This document shows, one piece after another, positions 9,808 through 19,926 of a stretch of DNA of 64,000 nt. Origin of the DNA: Bacillus subtilis subsp. subtilis str. 168 (GTDB taxonomy: Bacteria > Bacillota > Bacilli > Bacillales > Bacillaceae). The stretch covers positions 3,968,001 through 4,032,000 of the forward strand of contig NC_000964.3 of the NCBI RefSeq assembly GCF_000009045.1, read 5' to 3'. Position 1 is the first letter of the stretch, and each line of letters opens with the position of its first letter. Made by a program: the position numbers and the translations under genes. Under the pieces are notes generated by a model that was given only the letters and a program-made list of their open reading frames with translations, had not been told where the DNA came from and did no database searches.

Positions 9808-11197
9808 GGTATACCTCCTGACTAAATGGATCTGTTGATACAGGCACATCATGATGATTATCATGCTCCGCACCTTTTTTAATCTCACGGATAAACAAGA
9901 AGACAAGCAGTGCACCAAGAATCATGTACATCACACCGAATGCGATGATTGAGAATAACAAGGAACCCGCTGTTACGTTAGGCGACACAGATTGAGCGGT
10001 TGTCATTAACCCCATAACCGTCCAAGGCTGACGTCCGATTTCTGTCATAATCCAGCCCGCGGAGTTTGCAAGAAACGGGAAGGAAATCAACGCGATCATG
10101 ATGCGCAAATACCATTTGCTGTTTTCAAGCTTTTTACGGCGGTTTAACCAAAGGCCGCCTAACGCAGCAAGAATCATGACAACACCTGCTCCTACCATGA
10201 TGCGGAAGCTCCAGAATGTCGTTTTCACTGGCGGAATGTAGTCGCCTTTTCCGTATATTTTTTCGTACTCAGCCTGAAGGGTTTTCATCCCTTTGACACT
10301 TCCGCTGAATTTCTGATAAGCCAAGTAGCTCAAGGCATAAGGAACTTTGATTTCATTTGAGCTTTTTTCATTTTTTGTATCGATCGTCGCAAAAGCGGTC
10401 CAAGCAGCAGGGTCACCGCTGTCTTCCCATAGGCCTTCACTGGCAGCCATTTTCATCGGCTGTGATTCCATCAAGTGCTCAGCCTGCATGTGTCCGCTAA
10501 GGCCGACGCCAAGACCGGCACAAAGACCGACGATCATTGCGAGTTTAAAAGATTGCTTAAAGAACGGCACTTCTTTTTTCTTCAGCAGTTTAAAAGCACT
10601 CACTCCGGCAATAAAGAAAGCTCCAGTGGCAAGCGCACCGAAAATAACGTGCGGGAATTCAACCCAAAGCTGAGGGTTTGTAATCAACGCGCCAAAATCA
10701 TTCATTTCCGCGCGGCCGTTTTTGATCGTAAAGCCGACCGGCTCCTGCATAAAGGAGTTTGCTGTTAAAATCCAGAAAGATGACATGATCGTTCCGAATG
10801 ATACGAGCCATATGCAGAGCGCGTGAATTTTCTTCGGCAGGCGGTCCCAGCCAAAAATCCATAATCCGATAAAAATAGATTCCATGAAAAACGCCAATAA
10901 TGCTTCAATCGCAAGCGGAGCGCCAAATACATCTCCGACAAAACGGGAGTAATCTGACCAGTTCAGTCCAAACTGGAATTCTTGCAAAATCCCCGTTACA
11001 ACACCGACTGCGAAATTTATTAAGAATAAGTGTCCCCAAAACTTTGCCATTTTGAGATACAGCTCATTTTTCTTTACAAGATAAAGAGTCTCCATCAACG
11101 CAACCATAAACACAAGCCCGATAGACATCGGCACAAACAAGAAGTGAAACAACGTTGTTGATGCAAATTGTATGCGGGCTAATACCAATTCACTCAT
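9791..11197 (-). CDS. cydA: Cytochrome bd quinol oxidase subunit I
   Basis: FHFLFVP, EFQFG, QPMKMAASEG, GWIMTEIGRQPW; ATG 11197 after GGAGGAG (468 aa). Confidence 0.96.
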   Translation of the reverse strand: MSELVLARIQFASTTLFHFLFVPMSIGLVFMVALMETLYLVKKNELYLKMAKFWGHLFLINFAVGVVTGILQEFQFGLNWSDYSRFVGDVFGAPLAIEALLAFFMESIFIGLWIFGWDRLPKKIHALCIWLVSFGTIMSSFWILTANSFMQEPVGFTIKNGRAEMNDFGALITNPQLWVEFPHVIFGALATGAFFIAGVSAFKLLKKKEVPFFKQSFKLAMIVGLCAGLGVGLSGHMQAEHLMESQPMKMAASEGLWEDSGDPAAWTAFATIDTKNEKSSNEIKVPYALSYLAYQKFSGSVKGMKTLQAEYEKIYGKGDYIPPVKTTFWSFRIMVGAGVVMILAALGGLWLNRRKKLENSKWYLRIMIALISFPFLANSAGWIMTEIGRQPWTVMGLMTTAQSVSPNVTAGSLLFSIIAFGVMYMILGALLVFLFIREIKKGAEHDNHHDVPVSTDPFSQEVYHGISS

Positions 11198-11231
11198 GCT
11201 TTCTCCTCCATTTCCGGTTAAAACTGTTAAT

Positions 11232-11316
11232 TTGCTCACTACTTCACAAATAGAACCGAGACTTTGATCAGTAATTCACAAAATAGACGAAAAAAATATT
11301 GCTCAATATTTCACAA
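11232..11316 (-). promoter_or_regulatory. Three Rex operator boxes upstream of cydA
   Basis: Minus strand TTGTGAAGTAGTGAGCAA (11232-11249), TTGTGAATTACTGATCAA (11264-11281), TTGTGAAATATTGAGCAA (11299-11316); consensus TTGTGAA-N4-TTCACAA. Confidence 0.85.
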
Positions 11317-11752
11317 ATGTGTCAAAAAGTCATCCAATATGATGCAAGATTGCCAGACTGACCAAATGACACAATCTCTGACTGGTTCATATTAAGTACT
11401 TTACAACGATTCATTTCAAAAATAAAGCCTAAAATACCTAAAAAGTCCCGCACTATGTGACGGATTTTTGTCTATTTTGTTGCTTATTTATGTCGGCTGC
11501 TAGGATAAATGACCCTTTATTATCGTACATCAACACATCGTTCCTTGCGAACAAAATGCTTGCCCCCGCCCCAGCACTCGAGTCTCAGCATTCCGTCTTA
11601 AACCGATTTTAGTCAGAATGCCTCTTTTCATTTGAACCGGTAAGAGGAGAAAAGTTGAATAGTAAATTTTTAATATATTAATAATTTCAATTTTTTAGTA
11701 TACTTAACATAGTGAACAATTTCACTGCATCAAGAATAGGGGAGGTTTTTCA

Positions 11753-13105
11753 ATGGGAGAGCTTCAAACACACATGCAATTGCAAACGGATACAATTCAC
11801 GAAGGGGTTCGAAAAGAGAATTGGTTTGCGAAAGCCATGAATATAAAAGTAGGCATCATACCGCTTCCTGTGTATGCCTTGCTGTTTATATTAATCACTG
11901 TTTTTGTTATGCATCACGATGTAAAAAGTGACATTTTGACATCCATTGCCGTCATGGCGTTTTTCGGGTTTACCTTTGCCCAAATCGGCAAATCGATACC
12001 GATTGTTCGTTCTATCGGCGGCCCGGCCATCCTAGCTACTTTTATTCCGTCCGCTGTCGTGTACTATCACCTGCTGCCTAATGATATCGTCAAATCCACC
12101 ACAGAATTTACAGAAAACTCAAACTTTCTATATTTGTTTATCGCCGGTATTGTCGTCGGAAGCATTCTCGGCATGAAAAGAGAAACACTCGTAAAAGCAT
12201 TCATGAAAATCTTTATTCCGCTTATTGTCGGTTCTGTCACAGCCGCTATTGTCGGACTGGCTGTCGGGACATTGCTCGGACTCGGATTTCAGCATACCCT
12301 GCTGTACATTGTCATTCCGATCATGGCTGGAGGAGTCGGAGAAGGCGCTATCCCGCTGTCCATCGGATATTCTGACATCATGCCCATTTCTCAAGGGGAA
12401 GCGTTTGCACTTGTTCTGCCATCGATTATGCTGGGCAGCTTGTGCGCGATTATTCTAGCGGGATTGCTGAACCGAATCGGAAAGAAAAAACCGGAATGGA
12501 CAGGCAACGGCAAAGTGGACCGCTCCGAAGAAGAGTCCCCTGCGCTGGAGGAATCTCAAAGCGGACAGCAAATGTTCAACCTTTCTTTATTTGCGTCAGG
12601 CGGTATCCTTGCTGTTTCTTTATACTTAGTCGGCATGCTCGCTCACGATTTTTTCGGTTTTCCGGCACCCGTTGCCATGCTGTTACTGGCTGTTCTAATC
12701 AAGCTGTTCAGATTGGTGCCTGCCTCAATTGAAAATGGCGCGTTTGGAGTGTCCCGCTTCTTTTCAACAGCTGTGACCTACCCGCTTCTCTTTGCGATTG
12801 GGGTATCCATGACGCCGTGGGACAAGCTTGTCGCCGCTTTTAACCTCAGCAATATTATCACGATTCTGTCTGTCGTTGTGACCATGATGGCCGTTGGCTT
12901 CTTCACTGGAAAATGGCTGAACATGTATCCGATTGAAACCGCCATTATTAATGCATGCCATTCTGGGCAAGGCGGCACGGGTGACGTTGCCATTTTAAGC
13001 GCCGCTGAAAGGCTTGAGCTAATGCCTTTCGCCCAGGTGTCTACCCGCATCGGGGGCGCGATTACAGTATCCTTAACCTTATTGCTGCTGCACCAGTTTT
13101 ATTGA
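11753..13105 (+). CDS. cimH: Citrate/malate:H+ symporter, 2-HCT family
   Basis: MAGGVGEGAIPLS, GQGGTGDVAILSA, QVSTRIGGA motifs; GGGGAGG RBS. Confidence 0.93.
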   Translation: MGELQTHMQLQTDTIHEGVRKENWFAKAMNIKVGIIPLPVYALLFILITVFVMHHDVKSDILTSIAVMAFFGFTFAQIGKSIPIVRSIGGPAILATFIPSAVVYYHLLPNDIVKSTTEFTENSNFLYLFIAGIVVGSILGMKRETLVKAFMKIFIPLIVGSVTAAIVGLAVGTLLGLGFQHTLLYIVIPIMAGGVGEGAIPLSIGYSDIMPISQGEAFALVLPSIMLGSLCAIILAGLLNRIGKKKPEWTGNGKVDRSEEESPALEESQSGQQMFNLSLFASGGILAVSLYLVGMLAHDFFGFPAPVAMLLLAVLIKLFRLVPASIENGAFGVSRFFSTAVTYPLLFAIGVSMTPWDKLVAAFNLSNIITILSVVVTMMAVGFFTGKWLNMYPIETAIINACHSGQGGTGDVAILSAAERLELMPFAQVSTRIGGAITVSLTLLLLHQFY

Positions 13106-13226
13106 TCCCCGCAAGCAAGTTCTTCGTCAAACGAAAGAGCTTGCTTTTTTGCATGTCCATGTTTTTGCAAGTTCCCATCCCATGCTATAGTAATAGTTGG
13201 AAATACTAGATAGAAAGGAATCTGGC

Positions 13227-14915
13227 ATGCCTATGGGAACTCATCTATTTCTCTTTATGCTTCTCGGGCTGGGATTTTATTTGATATCAGCCCTAGCTGC
13301 AAAACTCATTCCGGCCATAGACTTCTGGATTGATATTGTTCTATGGGTCGGCGCTGCGGCTTACATCTTCTCTCATCTCTCATTCATGGACGGCATTGTC
13401 TCACTCGCGACAATGTTCTACTGCTATTGGACCGCAATGGATCTCATTGTTTCAGAGCGTGTGGAAAAACCTTCGGGAGACTGGCAGGAAATCGAGCTTG
13501 CCAAAAACAAAACACGCCTCCTGTCAGACATTACGCTGACCGCCATTGTGTTTGCAGGGGCTGTCATTTTTTTCATCTATGGACCTGACACAAGCCCTCT
13601 CAAATATGTGATCCTTCTCGGAATGATCTCCGGCGGAGGGGCACTTGTGAAGCGAATACTGAATGTTTTTAGCGTAAAGGTTTTTTATTCAGCAGCCTTA
13701 GAAAAATTGCATATCAGCTCACACTATGAAACCCGTACATACCCGCTTTCCGATTTGAAGAACATTCAGCTTGAATCAACAGCAGATCTCTTAAAGCTCC
13801 ATCCGCTTCTGACGATGTATTCATCCCGTTTAGATTTGACAACAAGCTTTCAGCAAGTCATTAAACTGTCTCTTCCCGGCGAAACACTGTTTCTGACGGT
13901 GAAGGAACCGCAAAAATGGAAAACAATTCTTCAGGAATACACAGATGCAGAAAACAATGTGGACAATGTGATTTCTGTTTTGCCGTTTTATCATCGAAAA
14001 AATGTGAAGCGGCTGCTCGGTAAGCTTTATTTTGCCGCCAGCGTAAAAGGGGTATCCGCTTACGCCTTATTGGTGCTCGCGTTATACGCATTACACGCCT
14101 CTCCATGGGTCATGGCTGTTGCCGTAATCCTATATTGGGTATTCAACATGTATATGTCAGACCGTGTGTTGCGGGCGGCGATGGACGCCAAGTCTTGTCA
14201 TCATCCGCATGTACAGGCCGCGGCCGATAAGATTTTCAGATCGGCCGGCATTTCCCATGTCCGCATATACGAAACGGAGAGTGATGATTACAACGGAATG
14301 GCAGTAGGCATGAATGTCGGGAGGTCAATGGTCATCCTGACAAGCGCCACACTAACACTTCCACAGCGTGTCATTGAAGGCATTCTGGCCCATGAGGCGA
14401 TTCATATCAAAAAACGTGACGTTCTGTCATCACAGCTTTTGCGTTTTCTATATCTTGGAGCTGTCGTGGGGATTTTCCTCTTGTTTGAGCAGCATATCAC
14501 CCATCCCGAGGCCCACAAAATTGCGCTTTGGGCTTTCATTATGGCAATCATTATCCTATTCCAGCTCTATCAATCCTTTTGTTCACAATGGATGGAGGTG
14601 CGTGCTGACAACCTTGGCGCATCATTGCTGGACGGCGGTTACAAACAAATGGCTGAAGCCTTGAGAATCTTGGCGGTTCGGCAAGATGAGGATATACAGA
14701 AACAAAGTGCCTATAGCTCTGAAGCAGGTGAAGACGAGCTTCAAATTGATTCTCTCACCCGTGATAAAAGCTGGTTTTTCAGATTGATTGATTTTCAGTT
14801 CGCTCCTCATCCTCCTATGTATTGGCGTGTCGGCACTTTATTGTCAAACAAAGGACATGGGGTGCTAAAGCGCTGGCTCAGAGACCGACTGAAAGAATCG
14901 ATCACTTTGAAATGA
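13227..14915 (+). CDS. yxkI: Membrane M48 (HtpX-like) zinc protease with N-terminal membrane extension
   Basis: GILAHEAIH (HExxH), EVRAD, HPPMYWR; start at ATG 13227 after AAAGGA. Confidence 0.85.
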
Positions 14916-14938
14916 AACCGGTCAGCGTTTCATCCGTA
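14913..14938 (+). promoter_or_regulatory. SigW-type promoter of yxzE
   Basis: TGAAAC-N16-CGTA exact. Confidence 0.85.
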
Positions 14939-14972
14939 TAACAGATATGGTGAAAAAAGGGAGTGACGCGAA

Positions 14973-15173
14973 GTGATTGTGATCATCTTATTGTTTATAT
15001 CTATTATTGTTTTTCTTTCAGTCATTCAGCCGCAGCCCTCGAAAAACAAAAGCCGCCAGCAGGCGGACAGCGGGTATTTCGGTTATTCAGATCATAGCTC
15101 ACACCATGATGGATGCAGCAGTGACGGAGGTTTCAGCGATTCCGGCTGTGGCGGCGGAGGGGGCGGCGATTAA
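14973..15173 (+). CDS. yxzE: Small membrane-anchored protein with His/Cys/Gly-rich tail
   Basis: 66 aa, N-terminal hydrophobic segment, tail DHSSHHDGCSSDGGFSDSGCGGGGGGD; AAGGGAG RBS, GTG start. Confidence 0.8.
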   Translation: MIVIILLFISIIVFLSVIQPQPSKNKSRQQADSGYFGYSDHSSHHDGCSSDGGFSDSGCGGGGGGD

Positions 15174-15186
15174 ACGCCGCCTTTTT

Positions 15187-16026
15187 TTATTTCATTGATT
15201 CGATGTACGCACCAAAAGCCGAGCCTGACATGCCTGGGGACACGCGCACACGATGGAGGGCATACATTCCCTGGTCTCTCGAAGCCGCGCCCGGTTCTGT
15301 CGTCACGCCCATTTGATAGCCTGTTTTTTCAGCGGCCTTCAGCGTCTCCTCATTGTAGCGCCCTACCGGATAGCTGATGATGGTGGTTTGCTGATGAAAC
15401 ATGTTGTCGAACAGCTTTTTCGAATCAGCCATCTCACTTTGCTGCTGTTGAGGCGTTAATCCGTTCAGCTCAAGGTGGTCAATCGTATGGCTTTCAATCG
15501 ATATGCCGTGCTGTGCCATTTCCTTCATTTGTTCCTCTGTCAGATGGTGCTTATGTCCGATCGATTTGCCGATCATAAAAATCGTTGCCTTCATCCCGTA
15601 CTTTTTCAGCACCGGATACGCATCTTGATAATTGTCGGTGTACCCGTCATCAAATGTGATCAGCACGCACTTCTCACTCGGTTTTTTATCCTGCGTCAGC
15701 ATGAGAGATGCCTCTTTCGGCGTTAATGTCTGATAGCCGTTATCATGAAGCCACTTCATATGCGCCTCGAATTCTTTCTTTGGCACACGGAGGCTGTTTC
15801 CTGAAGAAATGCTGTGGTACATCAAAATCGGCAGCTTTGCCGGTTTCTCTGTTTTGATCCATGCGGATGTATCGTCTTCTTTTTTCTGAACTTGTACTGC
15901 CTTTTTTTCCGGTTTCTTTTGTTCCGCTTTTGGCATCGGCTGCTCTGCATTCGCCTCTTGATCAGCACAAGCCGCAAGAGCCAAACAGCTGCCCAAAAGA
16001 AAGATGCTTAAAAACAATCGTTTCAT
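15187..16026 (-). CDS. yxkH: Polysaccharide deacetylase (CE4) lipoprotein
   Basis: Lipobox LALAAC; PILMYH, ITFDDG, ESHTIDH, SYPVG. Confidence 0.9.
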   Translation of the reverse strand: MKRLFLSIFLLGSCLALAACADQEANAEQPMPKAEQKKPEKKAVQVQKKEDDTSAWIKTEKPAKLPILMYHSISSGNSLRVPKKEFEAHMKWLHDNGYQTLTPKEASLMLTQDKKPSEKCVLITFDDGYTDNYQDAYPVLKKYGMKATIFMIGKSIGHKHHLTEEQMKEMAQHGISIESHTIDHLELNGLTPQQQQSEMADSKKLFDNMFHQQTTIISYPVGRYNEETLKAAEKTGYQMGVTTEPGAASRDQGMYALHRVRVSPGMSGSAFGAYIESMK

Positions 16027-16093
16027 CGTTCTCCTGCTTTCTGTCTATTTCTTCCTCCTTTTTCATCGGTTTGATTCTGAGATTTTCAATAGC

Positions 16094-16128
16094 AAAAAAC
16101 CGGACATGTCTCCATGTCCGGTTTTTTT
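16094..16128 (-). terminator. msmX terminator
   Basis: AAAAAACCGGACATG-tctc-CATGTCCGGTTTTTTT. Confidence 0.85.
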
Positions 16129-16132
16129 GATC

Positions 16133-17230
16133 TTATCGGATTCTCACTTCTGTCTCACTGTCAAAGAAATGGCCTTTATTCATATCAAATGCAACCGTCA
16201 GCTCATCGCCCGATTGAATATCGAGGCGGGCGTCGATCCGCGCAATAAAGTCTTGGTTGTCTATCTGCGAATAAATCATAATTTCAGAACCGAGCAGCTC
16301 TGCAACATTAATTTTCGCCTTAATCGAAGAGTTCTTATATGATTCCACGACAATCAATTCATCATGTATATCCTCAGGACGGATGCCGAAGATGACCTCT
16401 TTGCCGATGTAGCCTTTTTCACGCAGCACTTTCATTTTTCCTTCCGGGACGGTTAATGCCGCAGAACCGATTTTGATTAAGCCATCCGTGAGCTTTCCTT
16501 TGAAAAAATTCATCGCCGGTGATCCGATAAACCCGCCGACAAAGACGTTTTCAGGGAATTCATATACATCCTTCGGCGTCCCGATCTGCTGAATTTTCCC
16601 ATCTTTCATGACTACAATCCGTGTCGCCATTGTCAGCGCTTCTGTCTGGTCATGCGTCACATAAATCGTTGTAGTCTGCAATCTCTGGTGGAGCTTAATG
16701 ATTTCCGCCCGCATTTGCACCCTCAGCTTCGCGTCCAGGTTTGACAAAGGCTCATCCATCAGGAACACCTTTGCATCCCGCACGATTGCCCGGCCCAGCG
16801 CAACCCGCTGTCTCTGTCCGCCTGACAGCGCTTTCGGTTTACGGTGCAAATATTCCTCAAGCCCGAGAATTTTAGCGGCTTCTTCGACTCTTTTTTTGAT
16901 TTCAGGCTTCGGCATTTTCCGAAGCTTGAGCCCGAACGCGATATTATCGTAGACCGTCATATGCGGATAAAGCGCGTAGTTCTGAAATACCATCGCGATA
17001 TCCCTGTCCTTTGGCGCTACATCATTGACCCGTTTTCCTTCAATATAAAAATCACCTTTCGAAATTTCTTCAAGTCCTGCGACCATTCGCAGCGTCGTTG
17101 ATTTCCCGCAGCCGGACGGGCCGACGAATACGATAAATTCCTTATCGGCAATATGAAGGTTAAAGTCATCAACCGCCGGTTCCTTCTGATCATAAAATTT
17201 ATAAATGTGCTCCATCCGCAATTCAGCCAT
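16133..17230 (-). CDS. msmX: Multiple-sugar ABC transporter ATPase
   Basis: GPSGCGKST, LSGGQRQR, MalK-type C-terminal TOBE region. Confidence 0.95.
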   Translation of the reverse strand: MAELRMEHIYKFYDQKEPAVDDFNLHIADKEFIVFVGPSGCGKSTTLRMVAGLEEISKGDFYIEGKRVNDVAPKDRDIAMVFQNYALYPHMTVYDNIAFGLKLRKMPKPEIKKRVEEAAKILGLEEYLHRKPKALSGGQRQRVALGRAIVRDAKVFLMDEPLSNLDAKLRVQMRAEIIKLHQRLQTTTIYVTHDQTEALTMATRIVVMKDGKIQQIGTPKDVYEFPENVFVGGFIGSPAMNFFKGKLTDGLIKIGSAALTVPEGKMKVLREKGYIGKEVIFGIRPEDIHDELIVVESYKNSSIKAKINVAELLGSEIMIYSQIDNQDFIARIDARLDIQSGDELTVAFDMNKGHFFDSETEVRIR

Positions 17231-17250
17231 CTAACATCCCCCTTTGTTAT

Positions 17251-17264
17251 TGTAAACGCTTTCT
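17251..17264. promoter_or_regulatory. CcpA cre site upstream of msmX
   Basis: TGTAAACGCTTTCT vs TGWAANCGNTNWCA. Confidence 0.75.
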
Positions 17265-17350
17265 TATATTGAGTGTAACAGCAATTCCCTCTCGCTAAAA
17301 TGGGCAGCGTTCATAAAATCACCCAGCCATTTTTCGTGCATATTTCCAAT

Positions 17351-18244
17351 TTATTCTGAACTTTCATTTTGCAGGCAGATAAAATAGGCAAGAAGCGCGC
17401 CTTTGTACGATTTGATATCTATCCCTGACCGCTCAATAAATTTATCAATCCGATATTGCAGGCTGTTGCGATGCAGATGCAGCTTTTTCGCTGTTAATGT
17501 GACGTTTGAGTTGTTTTCAATAAACAGCTTAATGGTCTTCCTTAGCTCAGATTCACTTCCAAATAAAAGCTCAGCTTCTTCAGAGAGCAGTGTTTCCAGT
17601 TTTTCTTTTTCTGTTTCTAATAATAGAAAAGGAAAGATCATCTCAAAGGTCACACTCTGCACCTGAGGCAGCCGTTTTTCAGCAAACAGGAAATACGCCT
17701 GTTCACGAGCGTAATGTTTTCGCAGACACTCATCCGGCTCGTAAAATCTTCCGGCGTAAAAACGGACACTGAAGTAGAAATCACTTTCAAGAACCTTAGC
17801 GAGCGATTCCAGTTCGTCCTTCTCCGCCGCCGCTTCACTTTCCTGCTCGACAATCACACCTCTGTCCTCATGGATCCACACAATCACAAAAGACACCGGC
17901 CAAAAATGGCGAACCGCTTCCGTAAAGGACGTCCTTTCTATTTTGCCGAATAAATGAAAGTGAACAAATCTCGTCCGTTTCTTTATATACGCCGGCAATT
18001 CCCCTCTGGAAAAAAGGAACGAAAACCACTTGTTTTCCTCAGGTGATTTCATAGACAGTTGATTGCCCTCATCCGCAGGCGTCAAAAATGACTGCAGCAC
18101 CAATACTTCTTTTTCACTGATCTCTGTTTTCGGAATGGAGATATATCTCTGATTGCTCTCATCAAAAAAACATAGACAGCCTTCCCTTATGCAAAGCTCC
18201 TCAGACACAATCGAACCGGGATAAATAGCCAGCAGCGATTTCAT
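17351..18244 (-). CDS. yxkF: PucR/CdaR-type C-terminal HTH regulator
   Basis: FIENNSNVTLTAKKLHLHRNSLQYRIDKF HTH. Confidence 0.85.
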   Translation of the reverse strand: MKSLLAIYPGSIVSEELCIREGCLCFFDESNQRYISIPKTEISEKEVLVLQSFLTPADEGNQLSMKSPEENKWFSFLFSRGELPAYIKKRTRFVHFHLFGKIERTSFTEAVRHFWPVSFVIVWIHEDRGVIVEQESEAAAEKDELESLAKVLESDFYFSVRFYAGRFYEPDECLRKHYAREQAYFLFAEKRLPQVQSVTFEMIFPFLLLETEKEKLETLLSEEAELLFGSESELRKTIKLFIENNSNVTLTAKKLHLHRNSLQYRIDKFIERSGIDIKSYKGALLAYFICLQNESSE

Positions 18245-18427
18245 AGAGTCTCCTCTCTTATGTAAGGATCTGTATATTCAGTATAAGGCGAAACACACAT
18301 GTTCTCCACTAAAAAAGAGTATATCCGGTATAGATAGACGAGAAACTGAAAGGGAAACCTCATTCGTTTACATATTGGCTTCAGCGGAAATAGAAGAAGA
18401 CATGCAGGACCAAAGGAGGGTCATCTT

Positions 18428-19885
18428 ATGAGTTTCGAAACGTTAAACAAAAGTTTTATCAACGGAAAATGGACTGGGGGAGAAAGCGGACGTACGGAGG
18501 ACATTTTGAATCCGTATGACCAGTCTGTGATCACAACAGCATCTTTGGCAACGGGCAAACAGCTTGAGGATGCGTTTGACATTGCACAGAAAGCCCAAAA
18601 AGAGTGGGCCAAGAGCACGACGGAAGACCGAAAAGCCGTGCTGCAAAAAGCGCGCGGCTATTTACACGAAAACCGTGATGACATCATTATGATGATCGCC
18701 CGCGAAACTGGCGGAACGATCATTAAATCAACAATCGAGCTGGAACAAACGATTGCGATTTTAGATGAAGCCATGACGTATACTGGTGAATTAGGCGGCG
18801 TCAAAGAGGTGCCATCCGACATTGAAGGGAAAACCAATAAGATTTACCGCCTTCCGCTAGGTGTCATTTCATCGATTTCTCCATTTAATTTCCCAATGAA
18901 TCTATCCATGAGATCCATTGCGCCCGCAATTGCGCTGGGTAACAGCGTTGTTCACAAGCCTGATATCCAAACTGCTATTTCCGGCGGGACCATCATTGCG
19001 AAAGCGTTTGAACACGCCGGTCTTCCTGCCGGTGTCCTTAACGTCATGCTGACGGATGTAAAGGAAATCGGGGACGGCATGCTCACCAATCCAATCCCGA
19101 GATTAATCAGCTTTACAGGGTCAACAGCAGTCGGGCGCCACATCGGTGAAATCGCCGGTCGCGCCTTCAAACGAATGGCACTTGAGCTCGGCGGCAACAA
19201 TCCATTTGCCGTTCTTTCAGATGCGGATGTCGATCGTGCTGTGGATGCCGCGATTTTCGGAAAATTTATTCACCAGGGACAAATCTGTATGATTATCAAC
19301 AGGATCATCGTTCATCAAGATGTATACGATGAGTTTGTAGAAAAATTCACCGCCCGTGTCAAACAGCTTCCGTACGGCGATCAAACCGATCCGAAAACCG
19401 TTGTCGGCCCGCTGATCAACGAGCGCCAAATCGAGAAAGCGCTGGAGATCATTGAGCAGGCAAAGACAGACGGCATTGAGCTTGCGGTTGAAGGAAAACG
19501 CGTCGGAAACGTGCTGACGCCGTACGTCTTTGTCGGTGCGGACAACAACAGCAAAATTGCCCAAACGGAGCTGTTTGCCCCAATCGCAACCATTATTAAA
19601 GCTGGCAGCGACCAGGAAGCGATTGACATGGCAAATGATACTGAATACGGCCTCAGCTCTGCGGTTTTCACTTCTGATTTAGAAAAAGGCGAAAAGTTCG
19701 CCCTGCAAATTGACAGCGGCATGACCCATGTCAACGACCAGTCCGTCAATGATTCGCCGAATATTGCCTTTGGCGGAAACAAAGCAAGCGGTGTCGGCCG
19801 TTTCGGCAATCCGTGGGTCGTCGAGGAATTTACCGTGACGAAATGGATTTCGATACAGAAGCAATACCGCAAATATCCGTTCTAA
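18428..19885 (+). CDS. aldY: Aldehyde dehydrogenase
   Basis: ISPFNFP, SFTGST, ALELGGNN, catalytic GQICM, ELFAP. Confidence 0.93.
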   Translation: MSFETLNKSFINGKWTGGESGRTEDILNPYDQSVITTASLATGKQLEDAFDIAQKAQKEWAKSTTEDRKAVLQKARGYLHENRDDIIMMIARETGGTIIKSTIELEQTIAILDEAMTYTGELGGVKEVPSDIEGKTNKIYRLPLGVISSISPFNFPMNLSMRSIAPAIALGNSVVHKPDIQTAISGGTIIAKAFEHAGLPAGVLNVMLTDVKEIGDGMLTNPIPRLISFTGSTAVGRHIGEIAGRAFKRMALELGGNNPFAVLSDADVDRAVDAAIFGKFIHQGQICMIINRIIVHQDVYDEFVEKFTARVKQLPYGDQTDPKTVVGPLINERQIEKALEIIEQAKTDGIELAVEGKRVGNVLTPYVFVGADNNSKIAQTELFAPIATIIKAGSDQEAIDMANDTEYGLSSAVFTSDLEKGEKFALQIDSGMTHVNDQSVNDSPNIAFGGNKASGVGRFGNPWVVEEFTVTKWISIQKQYRKYPF

Positions 19886-19888
19886 ATG

Positions 19889-19924
19889 AAAAAATCCCTC
19901 TGTTTCAAGTACAGAGGGATTTTT
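19889..19924. terminator. Bidirectional terminator aldY/yxkD
   Basis: AAAAATCCCTCTGT-ttcaagt-ACAGAGGGATTTTT. Confidence 0.85.
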
Positions 19925-19926
19925 CT

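Noticed and set aside
8700-11300. Search for a CydX/CydS-like small subunit gene
   Set aside because: cydA/B and cydB/C overlap or abut, leaving no room; no RBS-equipped small ORF seen.
11642-11681. AGAGGAG RBS plus 8-codon ORF (MNSKFLIY) upstream of cimH
   Set aside because: Lies upstream of the likely cimH -10 element, TTG start, too short to support without expression data.
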